Assembly (NCBI GenBank): GCA_903813345.2
Contig: CAIIXF020000001.1
Span: 22,072,001-22,136,000, forward strand
DNA from: Owenia fusiformis
Taxonomy: Eukaryota
Reading direction: 5' to 3'
Length of the DNA: 64,000 nt
Part shown: positions 12,404 through 25,166 of the stretch, piece after piece
Layout: each line of letters begins with the position of its first letter
How positions within the stretch are numbered: position 1 is the first letter of the stretch
Position numbers and translations under genes: made by a program
Notes under the pieces: generated by a model
Told to the model about the DNA's origin: nothing
Seen by the model: the letters and a program-made list of their open reading frames with translations, nothing else
Databases searched by the model: none

Positions 12404-15400
12404 GTAATGTAGGCCACCACTCACATCCCCCACAAAACAATTTAAATATTCTGAATTTATTTCATGTATTGCCTCGTGCCCAGACTTCATCAAATAGCAC
12501 CTTGACATGGTCAATGTTTACAGAGGGACAAACACTTGCTCGCCCTCTGGCATCCTCATCCCACCTCCCCCTCTGCCCCCATTGGCACCCCCCCTTTTTT
12601 AATTGGCTCATACATTTTGAAAGTGCCCAGAAAGCACAAAATATAAATAGCATCTTAAAATTGTTAAATTTTCTAGGGAAGTAGGCCACCCCGCACATCC
12701 CCCACAAAACGATTGACAAAAATTCTAAATTTATTTCATGTATTATCTCAGACACTTCATCAAATAGCACCTTGATATGGTCAATGATTATTGAGGGACA
12801 AACACTCGCTGACACTGATACCCCGACTCCACCTCCCCCTCTGGCACACCCCTTTGACACCCCCCCCCCCAAAATAGTATTAAAAAAATTATGATTCTTT
12901 CAAAAAAAAAATTATTGACTCATGCACTTTAAAAAATGCCCAGAAAGCACCAAATATCATCTTAAAATTGTAAAATTTTCTAGGAGATTGGGCCACCCCT
13001 CTCATCCCCTCACAAAACAATTGAAGTCTGGATTTCATGTTTTGTCTGACACTTTTAAAGTGACCGGACATCATCAAATAGCGCCTTGATATGGTCAATG
13101 TTTCTGGGGACAACCCTTTGCTCCCCCTCTGGCACAACACCCCACCCCGTCCCCAACCTCTCATCCTCTTTGACACCCCCTCCAAAAAACAAAAAATATT
13201 GGCTCATACACTTTGAAAGTGCCCAGAGAGCACCGATAGCATCTCAAAAGTGTAAAATTGTTTAAGGGTAGTGGAAAAACAATTGAAAAGTTTGGAAATT
13301 ACATTTGTTAATCTAAACACTTTAAGTCACCAGAAAACACTAAGTGACATAATGAAATCATAAAAGTTTCTGGTACTCCACCCCGAAAACTAAAGCATTC
13401 ATTTACTCAAACACACCAAGTACTCAGAATTAACCGGACAGCATTTTGAATTAGTAAAATTTTTCGAAGCTGCCCCCTCGCTCCCCTAAGAAGGAATCTA
13501 AAAAATTCTAATTTTCTTTTAATCGGTTCTATTGATAAAAGTGTCCAGAAATAATTGACTGTGATCTTGAACTAGTAAAAGTTCTTGGGTAAACATTTAT
13601 GCCCTTCTGGCACACCCTCCCCCTATTCCAATGTTTCTCCAAATCCCTCTTACAATATATAGTCTAAATTGTCTATATTGGCAAAGATAACAATTTTATA
13701 TTCTCTTTACTAAAAACCGCACCCCCTTCGGGAGAAAAGTGTCTTACGGGCCTACGTGGGTAAACCGATATGGCGCCACAGGGAGCACCGGTGGATCCAG
13801 AAGCTGACAAGGGGGATGGGGGCTCCTAAATCGAAATATTTGGATGGGTGGGTGACTTAAGCCCCATGGCTTTTTAGCCGAATTATATGCAGGCCTAACA
13901 GGCCCTAAAGTTTAGGGCCTAAACCCAGATGCGAGTAGGCAGTTTTACCACCAGGTAACTAATTCTGGCCAGATGACATGGCAGGGTATTATTTTTTAAA
14001 ATTTAATTTAAAATAGACAAATTCAAAGAAGAAGAAATCTGAATGAAAATCTAAATTCTAAAAAGAAAATTTGCGTCCATTCGTGGATTTCAATTAGTTT
14101 TGATTTGTTATATCATGTCTATATATTGTATATATCATGGAATCGATGGAATCCAGAAGAGTACTACAATTCAAGCACTCCTTGGGTTAATGACGTCAAC
14201 GAGCACTGCAATGTAATTATTTGGATTAGATATTGACTAAACACAATTAAGATGTGGGTGCTGGATAGAATTTCAGATACGATGAATTAATAAATGTCAA
14301 TAAAATAATAAAGTCAAGTTAGAACACCAGTGTTCCTTTTCACCATCTTATTAATGCTTGCTAAATTGCTACTGTTTTATCATATTAAACTGTAAACAAT
14401 ATGCAAAAAGCATCTATTTTTTGTAGGAATATGAACTTATGATAATTCAAGCTCAACAAGTCAACATTAAGATATTTGTAGACCCAATTGACCCCACATC
14501 CTTCGAAAGACACTGAGAAAATGGGCTATACAAGTTGTTATACATAGTTTAATAGTACTCCTTGAGAAGTGGATAACAATATCCCCGGTGTCCTCTAAAG
14601 GTATGATTTCGGGAATTAAGATAATTTGTAAAAGGAGACCAAGTTGTAAGCATATCTGGAAGGTAAGTGTGTCTTATGCCATTCTGTTTAAAAATAAAAT
14701 AAAACAATATAAAACAAAATCTCACAGAGTTCGACGCTGATATTTTTTTGACTACCTATCTCAAAAAGATGATCAGATGGAATACAGCTCGAGCTATGAG
14801 AACAAACCAATGATGAGTTTTCTCTGTTTCACAAGACAAACGAAGATCATGCCAGTTGAAGTAATTGGGCAAATAATATGTGGATTCTCATTCTATTGAT
14901 TCATTTACACAGGTTCGTTAGTTTCTCACTGATTGCCAGAGGCTTTCCTTTAATTCTAATAAACCTCTGACACATTGATGGCATGACTGATTGAGACAAG
15001 GATAAGACAAATCACTGAAAAGAACATTTCTAGCAAAAACTTGTGGCCAAGAGCATTTATAGATAGGTGAGTAACAAAAAATTGAATTAGATTAGAAATT
15101 TTAAGTGGCAATGTTCAGCGTAAGCAAAGTATAAATTGAAATGTACATGTCTTGAAATATGCCAGTGCTACCATTGGAATAATATTTGCATACACTTTTT
15201 AGTGAAAACATCACCAAGCTCGGTAAAATACGCTTTGAATGTTTGAACTTCTAATTTAAGGATTTTAAACGTCTAATATAACGATTTGTTCATCTCAAGC
15301 TGAATGCGCAGAAACCGACCAAATCGGACCTCAATTAACTTAGAGTGTAATCCCTTTGACCATACTGGCACCACTGAAACATTTGGGAAAGATCCGATTG

Positions 15401-15484
15401 GTGAACGGCTAGCACTCATAGCTTTTAAATGCATGTGTATAGCTTAACTATAGCCTAATGATGGACCGGCTTTTTCAGATCAAG

Positions 15485-18400
15485 ATGTCACTCGGCCTCC
15501 TCACCTCATACATGAGGGTGCTAAAGAATCTTAAGGGAACTGAATACTATGATGCAGTCATTAACAACATCATGGCAAAAGAAGGAGACGATTTCGAACA
15601 TATCCACAAGCGAAAAAGTCGATTCCAACTTGCTCGGATAAGCGCAGTTGTGTGTGGGATTGAGTTTTGCTATGCCGCAGAGACAGCCTTTGTTAGCCCA
15701 ATACTACTATCAATCGGGGTGCCAGTGTTATACATGACGCTGGTTTGGTGCTGCAGTCCCCTCCTTGGATTTTTCCTTGCACCGTTGCTTGGTTCCCTTA
15801 GCGATAGATGTTCATTTAGATTAGGTAGACGAAGGCCGTTCATACTGTTACTATCACTTGGAATCGTTCTCGGACTTATTTTAGTTCCCAATGGAAAAGA
15901 TATTGCTGAAAGTTTTGGAGATTCATATAATAATTCGAGGCTGAATGTATCAAACAGCAATGGGAACACTTCCATACAATTGCAAAGTCTTAAAGATAAC
16001 ACAACATTTGATCATGAACTCGTTGAAAAAGAACAATTTTATATAAAGCCCCATGTGCTCAGTATCATCATCACAACCATTGGTGTAGTTCTGTTAGACT
16101 TCAGCTGTGACGCTTGTCAATCGCCTAGCCGGGCCTATATGCTGGATGTTACAGTACCAGAAGATCACTCCGCGGGCCTAACCACATTCACCATCATGGC
16201 CGGACTAGGGGGCTCGCTCGGGTACCTTCTTGGTGGCATTGATTGGTCGAAAATCATGTCTACTAATTCTTTCATCGGTGGCCACGTACGGTTTGTGTTT
16301 ACCTTTGTTCTTGTCATGTATATAGTTTGTCTTCTTGTAACAATATCAAGCTATAAAGAGGTGCCTTTGAACAAAATCAGTGGCATTGCAGAACAACTTC
16401 AGAAGAAAAACAAAAGCAAAAAAGGGGGAACGTATCATAAGTTTACAAACGAAGAATCTCCTGAGAAAGAGTCAAATAGCTTAGTTTCGAATGGAGGGCA
16501 AGGAGAAATGTTTGAGATGACTGAAACTAGAAATACTTTATATAAAACGTTCGATATGAAATCAAATGGGGAACTTAACAGTAACTATGAGGCTAATCAT
16601 GTCACTAATGCAACGGTGGAGGAAACATGTGAATCCCGACAAAGCTTCTCCAAGTCGGAGCCAGTTATCTTGCCAACGGAGGTATCACTAAAAACATATT
16701 TGAAGTCTATAATACAGATGCCAAAATCAATAGGAGTTCTATGCCTAACTAACTTATTTTGTTGGATGTCTCTTGTATGTTACTCTTTGTATTTCACCGA
16801 CTTTGTTGGCCAGAGTGTCTACGGAGGTCATCCTTCTGCTCCACTGGGATCAGAGATGCGACGTAAATACGAAGAGGGGGTACGGATGGGTTCATTCGGG
16901 ATGTCTTTATATTCACTATCGTGCTCCATATACTCTCTTTGCATAGAAACCCTGGTTAGAAAATTCAGTAAGTAGAACATACGGTGATATTGCTTTTATC
17001 TTGAAAATATTTCCTCGGTAAAATACAAGACAATTAGTCGGAATCAACACTTAGTTGTAATGAAAAGGAATCAGCTTATTTTAATCCTCTGAATTTTCCC
17101 ATTTATCAAATACCAATATAGCATTGGTCATGTTTCTATTTTGATTTCGAATGGGAATTAATAAGCCTATTGCTTTAGATGTAATAATGTAGAAACAATA
17201 ACGGGCCCTAATCATTTTACGATGCCTGAAAAGCAGATGTTTCATGTCGACAGTAAAATAATCTAAAAATGCTGTGAACAGAAAATCATTGAAAAAGTCG
17301 GGGTAATGACATTCACTTCCTTCAAATCAATGAGGTTTCCGAGGGATTAGATCCCGGAGTAAAATCTTATTGAAGGCTTGTTTCCGTCCCCGATACTTGA
17401 TCCGATAAGTCTTAATTTTAGAGATCTGTCGAAATTACTTTACGTAATCTGTTTGTATTTTGGTGTTATTCAAATTGTTTATCGATGTTTGCTGCATTAA
17501 TTATTTAAACAATCATTAAATTCTACATTGTGCGCATGTGTAAATTTGATGAGGGGGAGTAAGATTAGACTATTTCAGTTACCTAACCCTAATGTAGACA
17601 ATGTTTTTCATTAGTTTACGAACGTGCACGACAGTCAGATACCACCCCTCGCCAGTTGAAGAATCATCCATGGTAGAAAGCTAAAAATAGCTTAAAGGTC
17701 ACGTGCAAAGTTTGAAAATATAGTTTGATTAATCAAACATTAGTTTTTATGACTTTTTGAAAATGAGACATTTTTGAAAATATGACTTTTGATTAAAAAG
17801 TTGTTCATCTTATAATTTTCAAATATTTCTCGCCATTTTAGAAACAACAATTTAGACTTCAAAACAATTCTAACATACATATTCAACCTTGTTTAAAAAT
17901 CCTTTAAGGCCCCGTGTAAAGTTTGAAAATATAGTTTAATTATTCCAACATTAGTTTTCATGACTTGAGACATTTTTCGAAAAATATGACTTTTGAAAAA
18001 AAGTTGTTCATCTTATTTCAAATATTTGAATTCCTCGCCATTTTAGAAACAACATTCTTGATTTTAAAGCAATCTTAAGATATTTTCAAAAGTAAAAGCC
18101 AAATTCTGCTACTTCAAATTTTGCGTTTTTTTTGTCCGAAAATGATAAATCACCATAACTACTTAATCAATTTCATGTCATTAAGGTATCGTATGCTACG
18201 TATATCATTACTTTTCAGAGGCTAAGCCAGTTTATATACTTAGTCAGTTGGTTTACACGGTTGGAATGGTCATTATGGCCACTGTTCGTCATCCAGTTGT
18301 TGTTGTTCTTCTCTCGCCGACTGCAGGGGTGATGTACGCCACCCTCTTCACGATGCCATACATCATCCTAGCGCACTACCACTCCAATGATACGGTGAGT

Positions 18401-21400
18401 AGTATGCAGTTATTTCAGGCCCGTAGCCAGATCTTGTAATGGGTGGGTCCAATGAACACAGGGGGATAGGTTAAGTTTGTCAATTTTGGCTCTAAATCAC
18501 TAGTTGAAAAGTATTAAAAACGATGAAAACTGCATGATTTTGAAACAAGTTTAGGTCAGAGAAGCCCCAGAGCCCCCTGGGGTCGTTCCCATAAATGTCG
18601 TTTCCAGAAATGTCATAGATTCAATTGTGTTTTCACGATTTTGAAAAAATCCCGTTTCCAGAAATTTGTCGTTAACCTCCTTCGACAAACTACAAACTAC
18701 ATGACGTTTGAAAAAAACTTGTATGATGCAATGTTGACATGCGCGTAGTTTGTCAGTGTTACAAACTGCGTGAATAGTATGCACGCGGTTTGAATGGCGC
18801 GGCGTGAATTTGGCCTACGTTTCTGAATACTTGTCCATATTCGAAAGATTCTCAAATACTTATAACACCCGAGAGGTTGATTCTCCAGGGGTGAAAGGAA
18901 TATTGAAATAGACTTGAACTTGAATGGCAAAACATGATATTTGCGGTATTCAATTCTTGTGGCCATTGAGTGTACAAACGTTTAATTTTTAAATTATTTA
19001 TTGTTCCATTGGTGTCATTCAATGTGAACCCAGTGAATACATAAGTTTTCACAATAAAAAGGGAATATGAGCATCTATAGAAAGAAATGAAAAAACGATC
19101 AATTGATTTACATCCATATAACCTCTATCTAACGGAGCTTTTCTGATAAAATGAATACATTAACTCTATTTATTTTGTAGGAAAGCATAAATTACATTTT
19201 AAAGATGTGCTAAGGGAATTCTAGCCCTTACTAAAAGTGCAAATTAAATAAGTGAAAATGAGTGCGCATAAAAAACAATCCAATGCTCTAATATAAAATG
19301 GCTCTTTCAAAATATGTTCAATTATACACTGTTTTGTCAATGTATGAAAATCAAACGGTAGATTCCAAAAAATGAATTTCAAAATACAAAAACGGTAAAA
19401 AACTTGCGTATACTTTTGAAAGTTAATGCTCTTTATTAAAATGCATAGGTCTAAAAAAATCTTCACAAAAGTTAATTTAGCATCTCTCACTGGGGGGTAT
19501 CGTGATGCAACAACACCGTGTTGTTGCATCAAGATGGCCAGACTTCCGCTGATAGATTTTCGTACGATATTTTGTTTTCCCAATTTAAACCCATTTCTAG
19601 GACGAGTTGCTCAATAATCATACACATGCAGTTAGCTCATGATCTATATTTAAAAAAACTCTCATTAGTATGCATGTACCATCATCAAGAAGCGAGAAAT
19701 TCGCGGTTTTAATTCCTCACTATTGATGCAACAACACCAAACCGAAGATGCAACAACACTCCTCTAGATTTGAGCAATGATGCAACATCACCAATTAATA
19801 GTATTATTTCAGAAGACCATATATCTCGGGAGGAACAGATTTTTAAATGCTACTATTGCAACACCGGGCCAGTACCCATTTGCGTTCTTCTCAGGCATTC
19901 AAAATACACGTCCTGTGGGCAAAGATTCTTTATATGTATTTTCAAAAATTTATACTTATAAATATCATAATGTACTGGAAGTTGTTTTATAACATAGTTC
20001 AATCACCTTTAACATTGCAAGCTATAGTAACCCATCTATTTTCATAAACCCCTGTTCCATAGCTTGATGACCCTGATACCAATTAGTATCATTCAAAATA
20101 GTGGACAAACATCTTTCGTTCTCGGTAAACACGACGAACTTTTGGAAATTTTGCACGGCGCACATGTAGAAGTATTGTTCTCTTTGGATTCGTTCTCCAC
20201 GATTGAGTAAAAAGGTAGGTAATAGGATTTAGGTTCCGAAAAGGTAAATTGATAGGGGTACAGTAATCCCAGATTCCCCCTGGGCCCTCGGGAAATATCA
20301 TAATGTCTCCCGGAATAAAACCAATATTGAATCCCTCTCAGTAAATAACCTCTATATAATAGCATTGTATAACTGCAATATCATTAAACCAACACTCATC
20401 GGAAGTTATGGCGTTTTGAAAACTCAAAATCGCTAAAGGTGCCCCATGTAAAGTCAATGGGAATTTTTTCTTTGAAGTGTAAAATACGACATATATACGA
20501 CCGAGTACAGCTTAATTTAATGAAAGCCTTTAAATGAAGGGTACCTCAAAAGCAATCTAGCTTCAAAATTTGGACACAAAAATGTCTAGGTCAAAATCTA
20601 GGTCAAATTCAAAGTTTTCCTTATTTTTGTGATTCTGACACTACACTTCAATTATATTCTTCGATATTGTGTATACTTGTAGCCAAGAATGTACTAATAG
20701 TGTTAGCCTTTTGCCGTCAGAAAGTATTTTAACCCACTTTTGTCCAAAAAGTAGATCAAAATAAAAAAATTCTCCAAATTTAACGTTTGAGTTATGAATA
20801 AAGAATATAATTTTCTCAGGAATCAGAATCTGCAAACCAAATTTCGATCCGACTTCCGGTTCGGAAGTTATGGCGTTTTGAAATTTCGATAAAAATCGAT
20901 CTGATGGTATCCTGATAGAAAGTCAAGAGTAGCAAAGAAAATGTTGAAAAATCCATCCATCCTTCAATCCATCCTTCCTATCCTATCATACTATTCTATC
21001 CTATCGTTCCTTCTTATTCTATCCTATCCTTCCTATCCCATACCTTTTATCCCTATCCGTTCCTTCCTATCTATCCTTCCCATCCTTTCCTTCCTATCTT
21101 ATCCTTCCTTGCTTTGCTTTGCTATCCTATCTTTCTTCTCTATTCTCTCCTATCGGTACATCCTATTCTGTCCTATCCCTCCTTTCTATTTCATCCATCC
21201 ATCCATCTTTTTCTGGATGACTCGGCTTAAAAAAGTCTAGATCTGGAGTCTGAAATTGAACTTGTTCAATTTCCAAAGTCTAGTTATATTAGTACTTTGT
21301 AAAGAATTTCCATACTATACGGTAAATCAAGGGGATTTAATTTAGAAAATGAATAATCTTTATTTTTCAGATACAATATCAATGAGGTTGGCTCCCGGGG

Positions 21401-23955
21401 ATTCAATACTTAGCCTATGTATTTAGTTTACCTTGTATATCCTTTTAACTTTGATAAAGACAAATACATTAAGGAACCAAACAAAATACGTTTCATTCAT
21501 GAACCACGCACTCACGCGTTTTATTCATTTCCCGACCAACACCTATAAACAGAACATAAAACAGTTTCTCTAGATATTCAATGATACATTATATTGGCGT
21601 TTTTGCATCAGCACATCGGTGTTGTTGCATCATCGATAATAAACAGAGTGGTGTTGTTGCATCAATAGTGAGGAATTAAAACCGCGAATTTCTCGCTTCT
21701 TGATGATGGTACATGCATACTAATGAGAGTTTTTTTAAATATAGATCATGAGCTAACTGCATGTGTATGATTATTGAGCAACTCGTCCTAGAAATGGGTT
21801 TAAATTGGGAAAACAAAATATCGTACGAAAATCTATCAGCGGAAGTCTGGCCATCTTGATGCAACAACACGGTGTTGTTGCATCACGATACCCCCCAGTC
21901 TCCAATTCACATTGATTTTATATAGGCCTGGGGTGGTATTTTTTGGCCTCTGTTCAGGTATCAGGTATCACTGCTCAGTATCAAGAGAAGGTAACGGTCG
22001 TAACCGTCGCATCTAAGATGGCGGACTGTTACGCTATTGGCGATTTCGATATTTTTAGTTTTCATCGAAGTAAACTACTTTATAATTGACGTTATGCTTT
22101 GACTTATATGACATGAGAACTCTGGAGTATGATAATTTGTTCATATATCATGCGTGGGCGCCACAGTTCAACGATATCTTCTACCGCATAAGGAAATGTA
22201 TGATACGTTAAACGGTCATGTTTTCAATACACGGTAACTGGGCATCTTAGCTCTCCATTATAGACTCTCATAACGTTACCGCATCACCGCACCACCGCAT
22301 ATCTGTTATCGTATCATCTGTAAAACCAAAATCCCAGTTACCTTCCCTAAAGCGGTGGAAGATATCATTGAACTGTATTGCCTATGCATGGCATATGAAC
22401 AAATTATCCTACACTTAGTGTACTAAATGTATAATAACTTAAAAAATAAATTTGATATCTATTGGCAAAATAAATAACCGGAGGATATCGCCACGATAAA
22501 CTCCGGCAAACCAATATGCGGAGGATATCGTGGCGCGTCGTGAGTGTCATGATGCAATAATTATTATATTCTTCAAAAATATTTGCTATATAATATTCCA
22601 CTATTGAGTAGCTTACTGTAAGTTCATAAGGTGATCACAATTCAAACACTCCTCTATTCCAAAGTGTTTATTCGAATGAAATACCTATTGTCAAACCGAG
22701 TCAATACTTGAAGAATTGCATGTTTCAGAATTTCATGTTGATTTTTTAAAAGATCCCTAGAATACTATTTAACGATCGGCACCAATATTGCAAAAACCGC
22801 GGCCCTGAGATATGTTGAAAGTCGATAAAATATCATCCATTCAATCAAAGAGGACAGATATGAATTCATAATAATATTTATTTTAAATTATGAAAATGAT
22901 TTTGAAAAATTCAATATTAAACAAGTTGATCAATTGACCAGGACCAGGTATGGTATATCACATGGTTTAAGACAATTCAATGACTTACATGTACTCCTGG
23001 AAAAAATCATGGATTGCCATGCCATGCCACACCATTCCGTGCCGTACCGTACCATGCCGTACCGTACCGTACCATATCATTCCATGCTTCAATACATGTT
23101 TCAAAATACTAGCAGTATAACACAGGAACATTTGAACCAGTATTTAAAGAGTTGCATATGTCTTGATATTTTTTTAGAAAACAAGTTGCTGAAAAAACTT
23201 CACTCAAGATTTATTCACCGTTGGGATCTTTTGTTTTAAAACAGAATCCTCGGTGTTATAAAGTCTTAAACACCGCTTTTCTATTGTTTTTAAAGAATTG
23301 ACACTTGGCAAGCTATCCAAAACCAATGTGGCACAAAATACGACTGACTTAAAATTGGATCATGGGCCATTTACCTTTCATAACTGTGTCACTGTTGGGT
23401 TTAAGTTAAAAAAAGCCATTCGTACTGGGTTTTACGAGAACTAATAGCCTCGAGCCAATGCCCTCGGCTATTCTTGTAATGCCTGGGTCACAAATGCTGC
23501 GATTCATCGGCCGGCGCCCGGCCGATTGAGTATTTTGTTCAAAATTGAATACATTTTTGAACAGAATACTCAATCGGCCGGGCGCCGGCCGATGAATCGC
23601 AGCATTTGTGACCCAGGCATAAGCCCAGTACAGTTTATACATATAACTGAAAGTTTACTTTCGATTTGTTGCAATTTCTACTCGCTTTATTACAATGTAT
23701 TATGTGCTTGCACACTTTGTATTTTAGTTTGACGACATCGTATCTAAAGAACATAGGATAAAGCAGGTACGGGGACTGGGGACCGACATCGCTCTGCTAA
23801 GCAGTATGGTGTTTGTTGCCCAGCTAATCCTTTCTGCAATGATGGGGAGTATAGTTCACTATATTGGAAGTACAGTCGCAGTGATAGTGGCTGCATCCGT
23901 TCTCAGTTTTTGCGGGGCTGTCAGTTCCACACAAGTCATGTATCTAGACTTATAA
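15485..23955 (+). CDS. SLC45: SLC45-family (proton-associated sugar transporter / MATP-like) MFS transporter
   Basis: Exons 15485-16967 (acceptor at 15477-78), 18219-18394 and 23728-23955 (...QVRGLGTDIALLSSMVFVAQLILS...QVMYLDL*); GT-AG introns, phases 1 and 0. Motifs GIEFCYAAETAFVSPILL, GSLSDRCSFRLGRRRPFIL, LDFSCDACQSPSRAYMLD and YFTDFVGQSVYGG are characteristic of SLC45/SUC-type transporters. Confidence 0.93.
17690..18075. repeat. Direct repeat of a ~210-bp unit (two copies), probable transposon remnant
   Basis: TTAAAGG.CACGTG.AAAGTTTGAAAATATAGTTT...AAAGTTGTTCATCTTAT...CTCGCCATTTTAGAAACAAC at ~17692 and ~17904. Confidence 0.6.
19489..21899. mobile_element. 2.4-kb non-autonomous DNA transposon with ~250-bp identical TIRs and 3-bp TSD
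   Basis: 19489-~19738 is the reverse complement of ~21650-21899 (the ORF track gives identical 64-aa ORFs on opposite strands); CTC at 19486-88 and 21900-02; each TIR contains the near-perfect palindrome GATGCAACAACACCGTGTTGTTGCATC. Confidence 0.85.
20951..21212. repeat. Degenerate (ATCCT/TTCC)n pyrimidine-rich low-complexity tract
   Basis: CCATCCTTCCTATCCTATC... repeats within the 2.4-kb element. Confidence 0.8.
22131..22408. mobile_element. Old inverted-repeat element
   Basis: GATAATTTGTTCATATATCATGC...CAGTTCAACGATATCTTCTACCGC versus GCGGTGGAAGATATCATTGAACTG...GCATGGCATATGAACAAATTATC. Confidence 0.55.
23015..23085. repeat. (CCGTA/CCATG)n pentanucleotide microsatellite
   Basis: GCCATGCCATGCCACACCATTCCGTGCCGTACCGTACCATGCCGTACCGTACCGTACC. 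Confidence 0.75.
23480..23619. mobile_element. Palindromic PIF/Harbinger-like MITE (TAA TSD), nested in a smaller palindromic element (23422-23631)
   Basis: 140-bp near-perfect palindrome TGCCTGGGTCACAAATGCTGCG...CGCAGCATTTGTGACCCAGGCA; TAA at 23477-79 and 23620-22; outer arms GTACTGGGTTTTACGAGAA and TTCTTGTAA|GCCCAGTAC. Confidence 0.85.
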
Positions 23956-24087
23956 TTCTTTAAAAGCATATGCTGAGACACATCTACGTTCTACGTGTAT
24001 CCATTTGAGATCTATAGATATTGCTTCATTGGATCTCAGGTTTACCATATAATGAAAAAAAAAACTCAACGTGTACAAGAAGCATAT

Positions 24088-24282
24088 CACGGGGGGATCC
24101 AGAAATTAACAAGGGGGGGGGGGGGGGGGGCAAATTGGGCCCAAATTTTGAAAATATAAGGCCCATATATTGATTATTTGTCCTTCAGAGGCGTTAAAAG
24201 GCCAAATTGTGTCCAAAAAGGCCCATTTTTGAGGCCCTACGAAATTTTTGGGCCCCATAATCCCCCCCTGGATCCGCCAGTG
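24088..24282. mobile_element. GC-rich MITE (same family as 11659-11992) just downstream of the SLC45 stop codon
   Basis: Termini CACGGGGGGATCCAG and CTGGATCCGCCAGTG; TSD CATAT at 24083-87 and 24283-87. Confidence 0.8.
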
Positions 24283-24601
24283 CATATTTAATCCAATATG
24301 AAAGGAATTTAAATTACAAACTTATGGAGATGGTGTTGGAATAACTAGACCTTTGTCATATACGTCATATGTAATTAATCGATAATGGAATAATATACTA
24401 AAATAAAATTTTGTTCTGTCATAGCATTAGTTGCGAAATGAACGAGTAATCTAAATTGTTTTATCAAATCTTCTCAATTTGAAAATCCCGGGACAATTTT
24501 ATCTAAAATTCCAGGTTTTACGGGCAATAGAGGAGTTTCTAAATAGCTTTGAAATCTCGTTAATTCTCCTTTTTTTCATGAGTTTTTAAGAGATTTGAAG
24601 A

Positions 24602-25040
24602 CTTTTTACCTCTCATGACTTACTTCTCTTTATTTTTGATAGCCTATTTGAACTCAGTGACAAATTTTCTCCAATAATAGCTTTATACACGGTGTTTATA
24701 TTTACACAGTTATGTCGTTTAAATTATTTTCCATGACTTTTTAAAAAAAACTTGGGCCAAATCTCCATTGGTACAATGCTAAAATTCATTAAAACCTTGG
24801 CTTATTTGTATGACAACCAACAATTTTCATGTTAATCACAATATGTACATTGACAGGGTCATCCAATAGTATGTCATACGAGTTTAAGACAGATTCAACC
24901 AACACTTTTTGATAAATCATGAAATTAAGTTACTATTGCAAGTTTTTAGCATTGAAATGACCCCAAAAAATCAACTTGAGACAAACAAGGGCGACATCTA
25001 TTATGTCAGCGTTATTCAGCTATTTAGAAACTATCCAATT
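24602..25040 (+). repeat. Interspersed repeat, second copy at ~52633-53058 (PRDM14 intron)
   Basis: Colinear similarity: TTTTTACCTCT.ATGACTT...TTGGGCCAAAT...CATTAAAACCTTGGCTTATT...GACATCTATTATGTCAGCGTTATTCAG. Confidence 0.75.
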
Positions 25041-25166
25041 CTGTAATTAAGTCCGACTGACTTTTAGCGTCTGTTTAGGTTATATTTTCGAATTAAACAT
25101 TATATCCAAAGTCTCACACACAACAGAATGTTTCATTGTAGAAGATGTTTTTTATGAATAACCTCA

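Larger units (their letters stand above)
11390..13640. repeat. Degenerate GC-rich tandem repeat region (~270-310-bp units) hosting nested MITEs
   Basis: Recurrent motifs CACTTT(G/T)AAAGTGCCCAGAAAGCACC, TTTCTAGGGAAGTAGGCCACC, CACAAAACAATT and GGTCAATGTTT..GAGGGACAAACAC, with unit starts near 11430, 12610, 12925 and 13210. Confidence 0.65.

Noticed and set aside
11623-13185. Several Gly/Pro-rich ORFs
   Set aside because: By-products of G/C homopolymer runs in MITEs and the tandem repeat.
15670-16002. Antisense ORF within SLC45 (and similar ones at 61240-62146 in PRDM14)
   Set aside because: Shadow or alternative frames of real coding exons.
19501-19790. Repeated GATGCAACAACAC motifs resembling a CRISPR repeat-spacer array
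   Set aside because: Eukaryotic context, irregular spacing, no cas genes; the motifs are part of transposon TIRs.
20941-21240. Hydrophobic 99-aa ORF resembling a membrane protein
   Set aside because: Translation of a CT-rich low-complexity tract.
21371-21386. Possible micro-exon (TTTTTCAG|ATACAATATCAATGAG|GT) in SLC45 intron 2
   Set aside because: It lies inside a transposon and would add an in-frame TGA; exon 2 splices in frame directly to 23728, and there is no evidence of use.
19518-21870. Identical 64-aa ORFs on opposite strands
   Set aside because: A consequence of identical TIRs, with non-ATG starts; not a gene pair.
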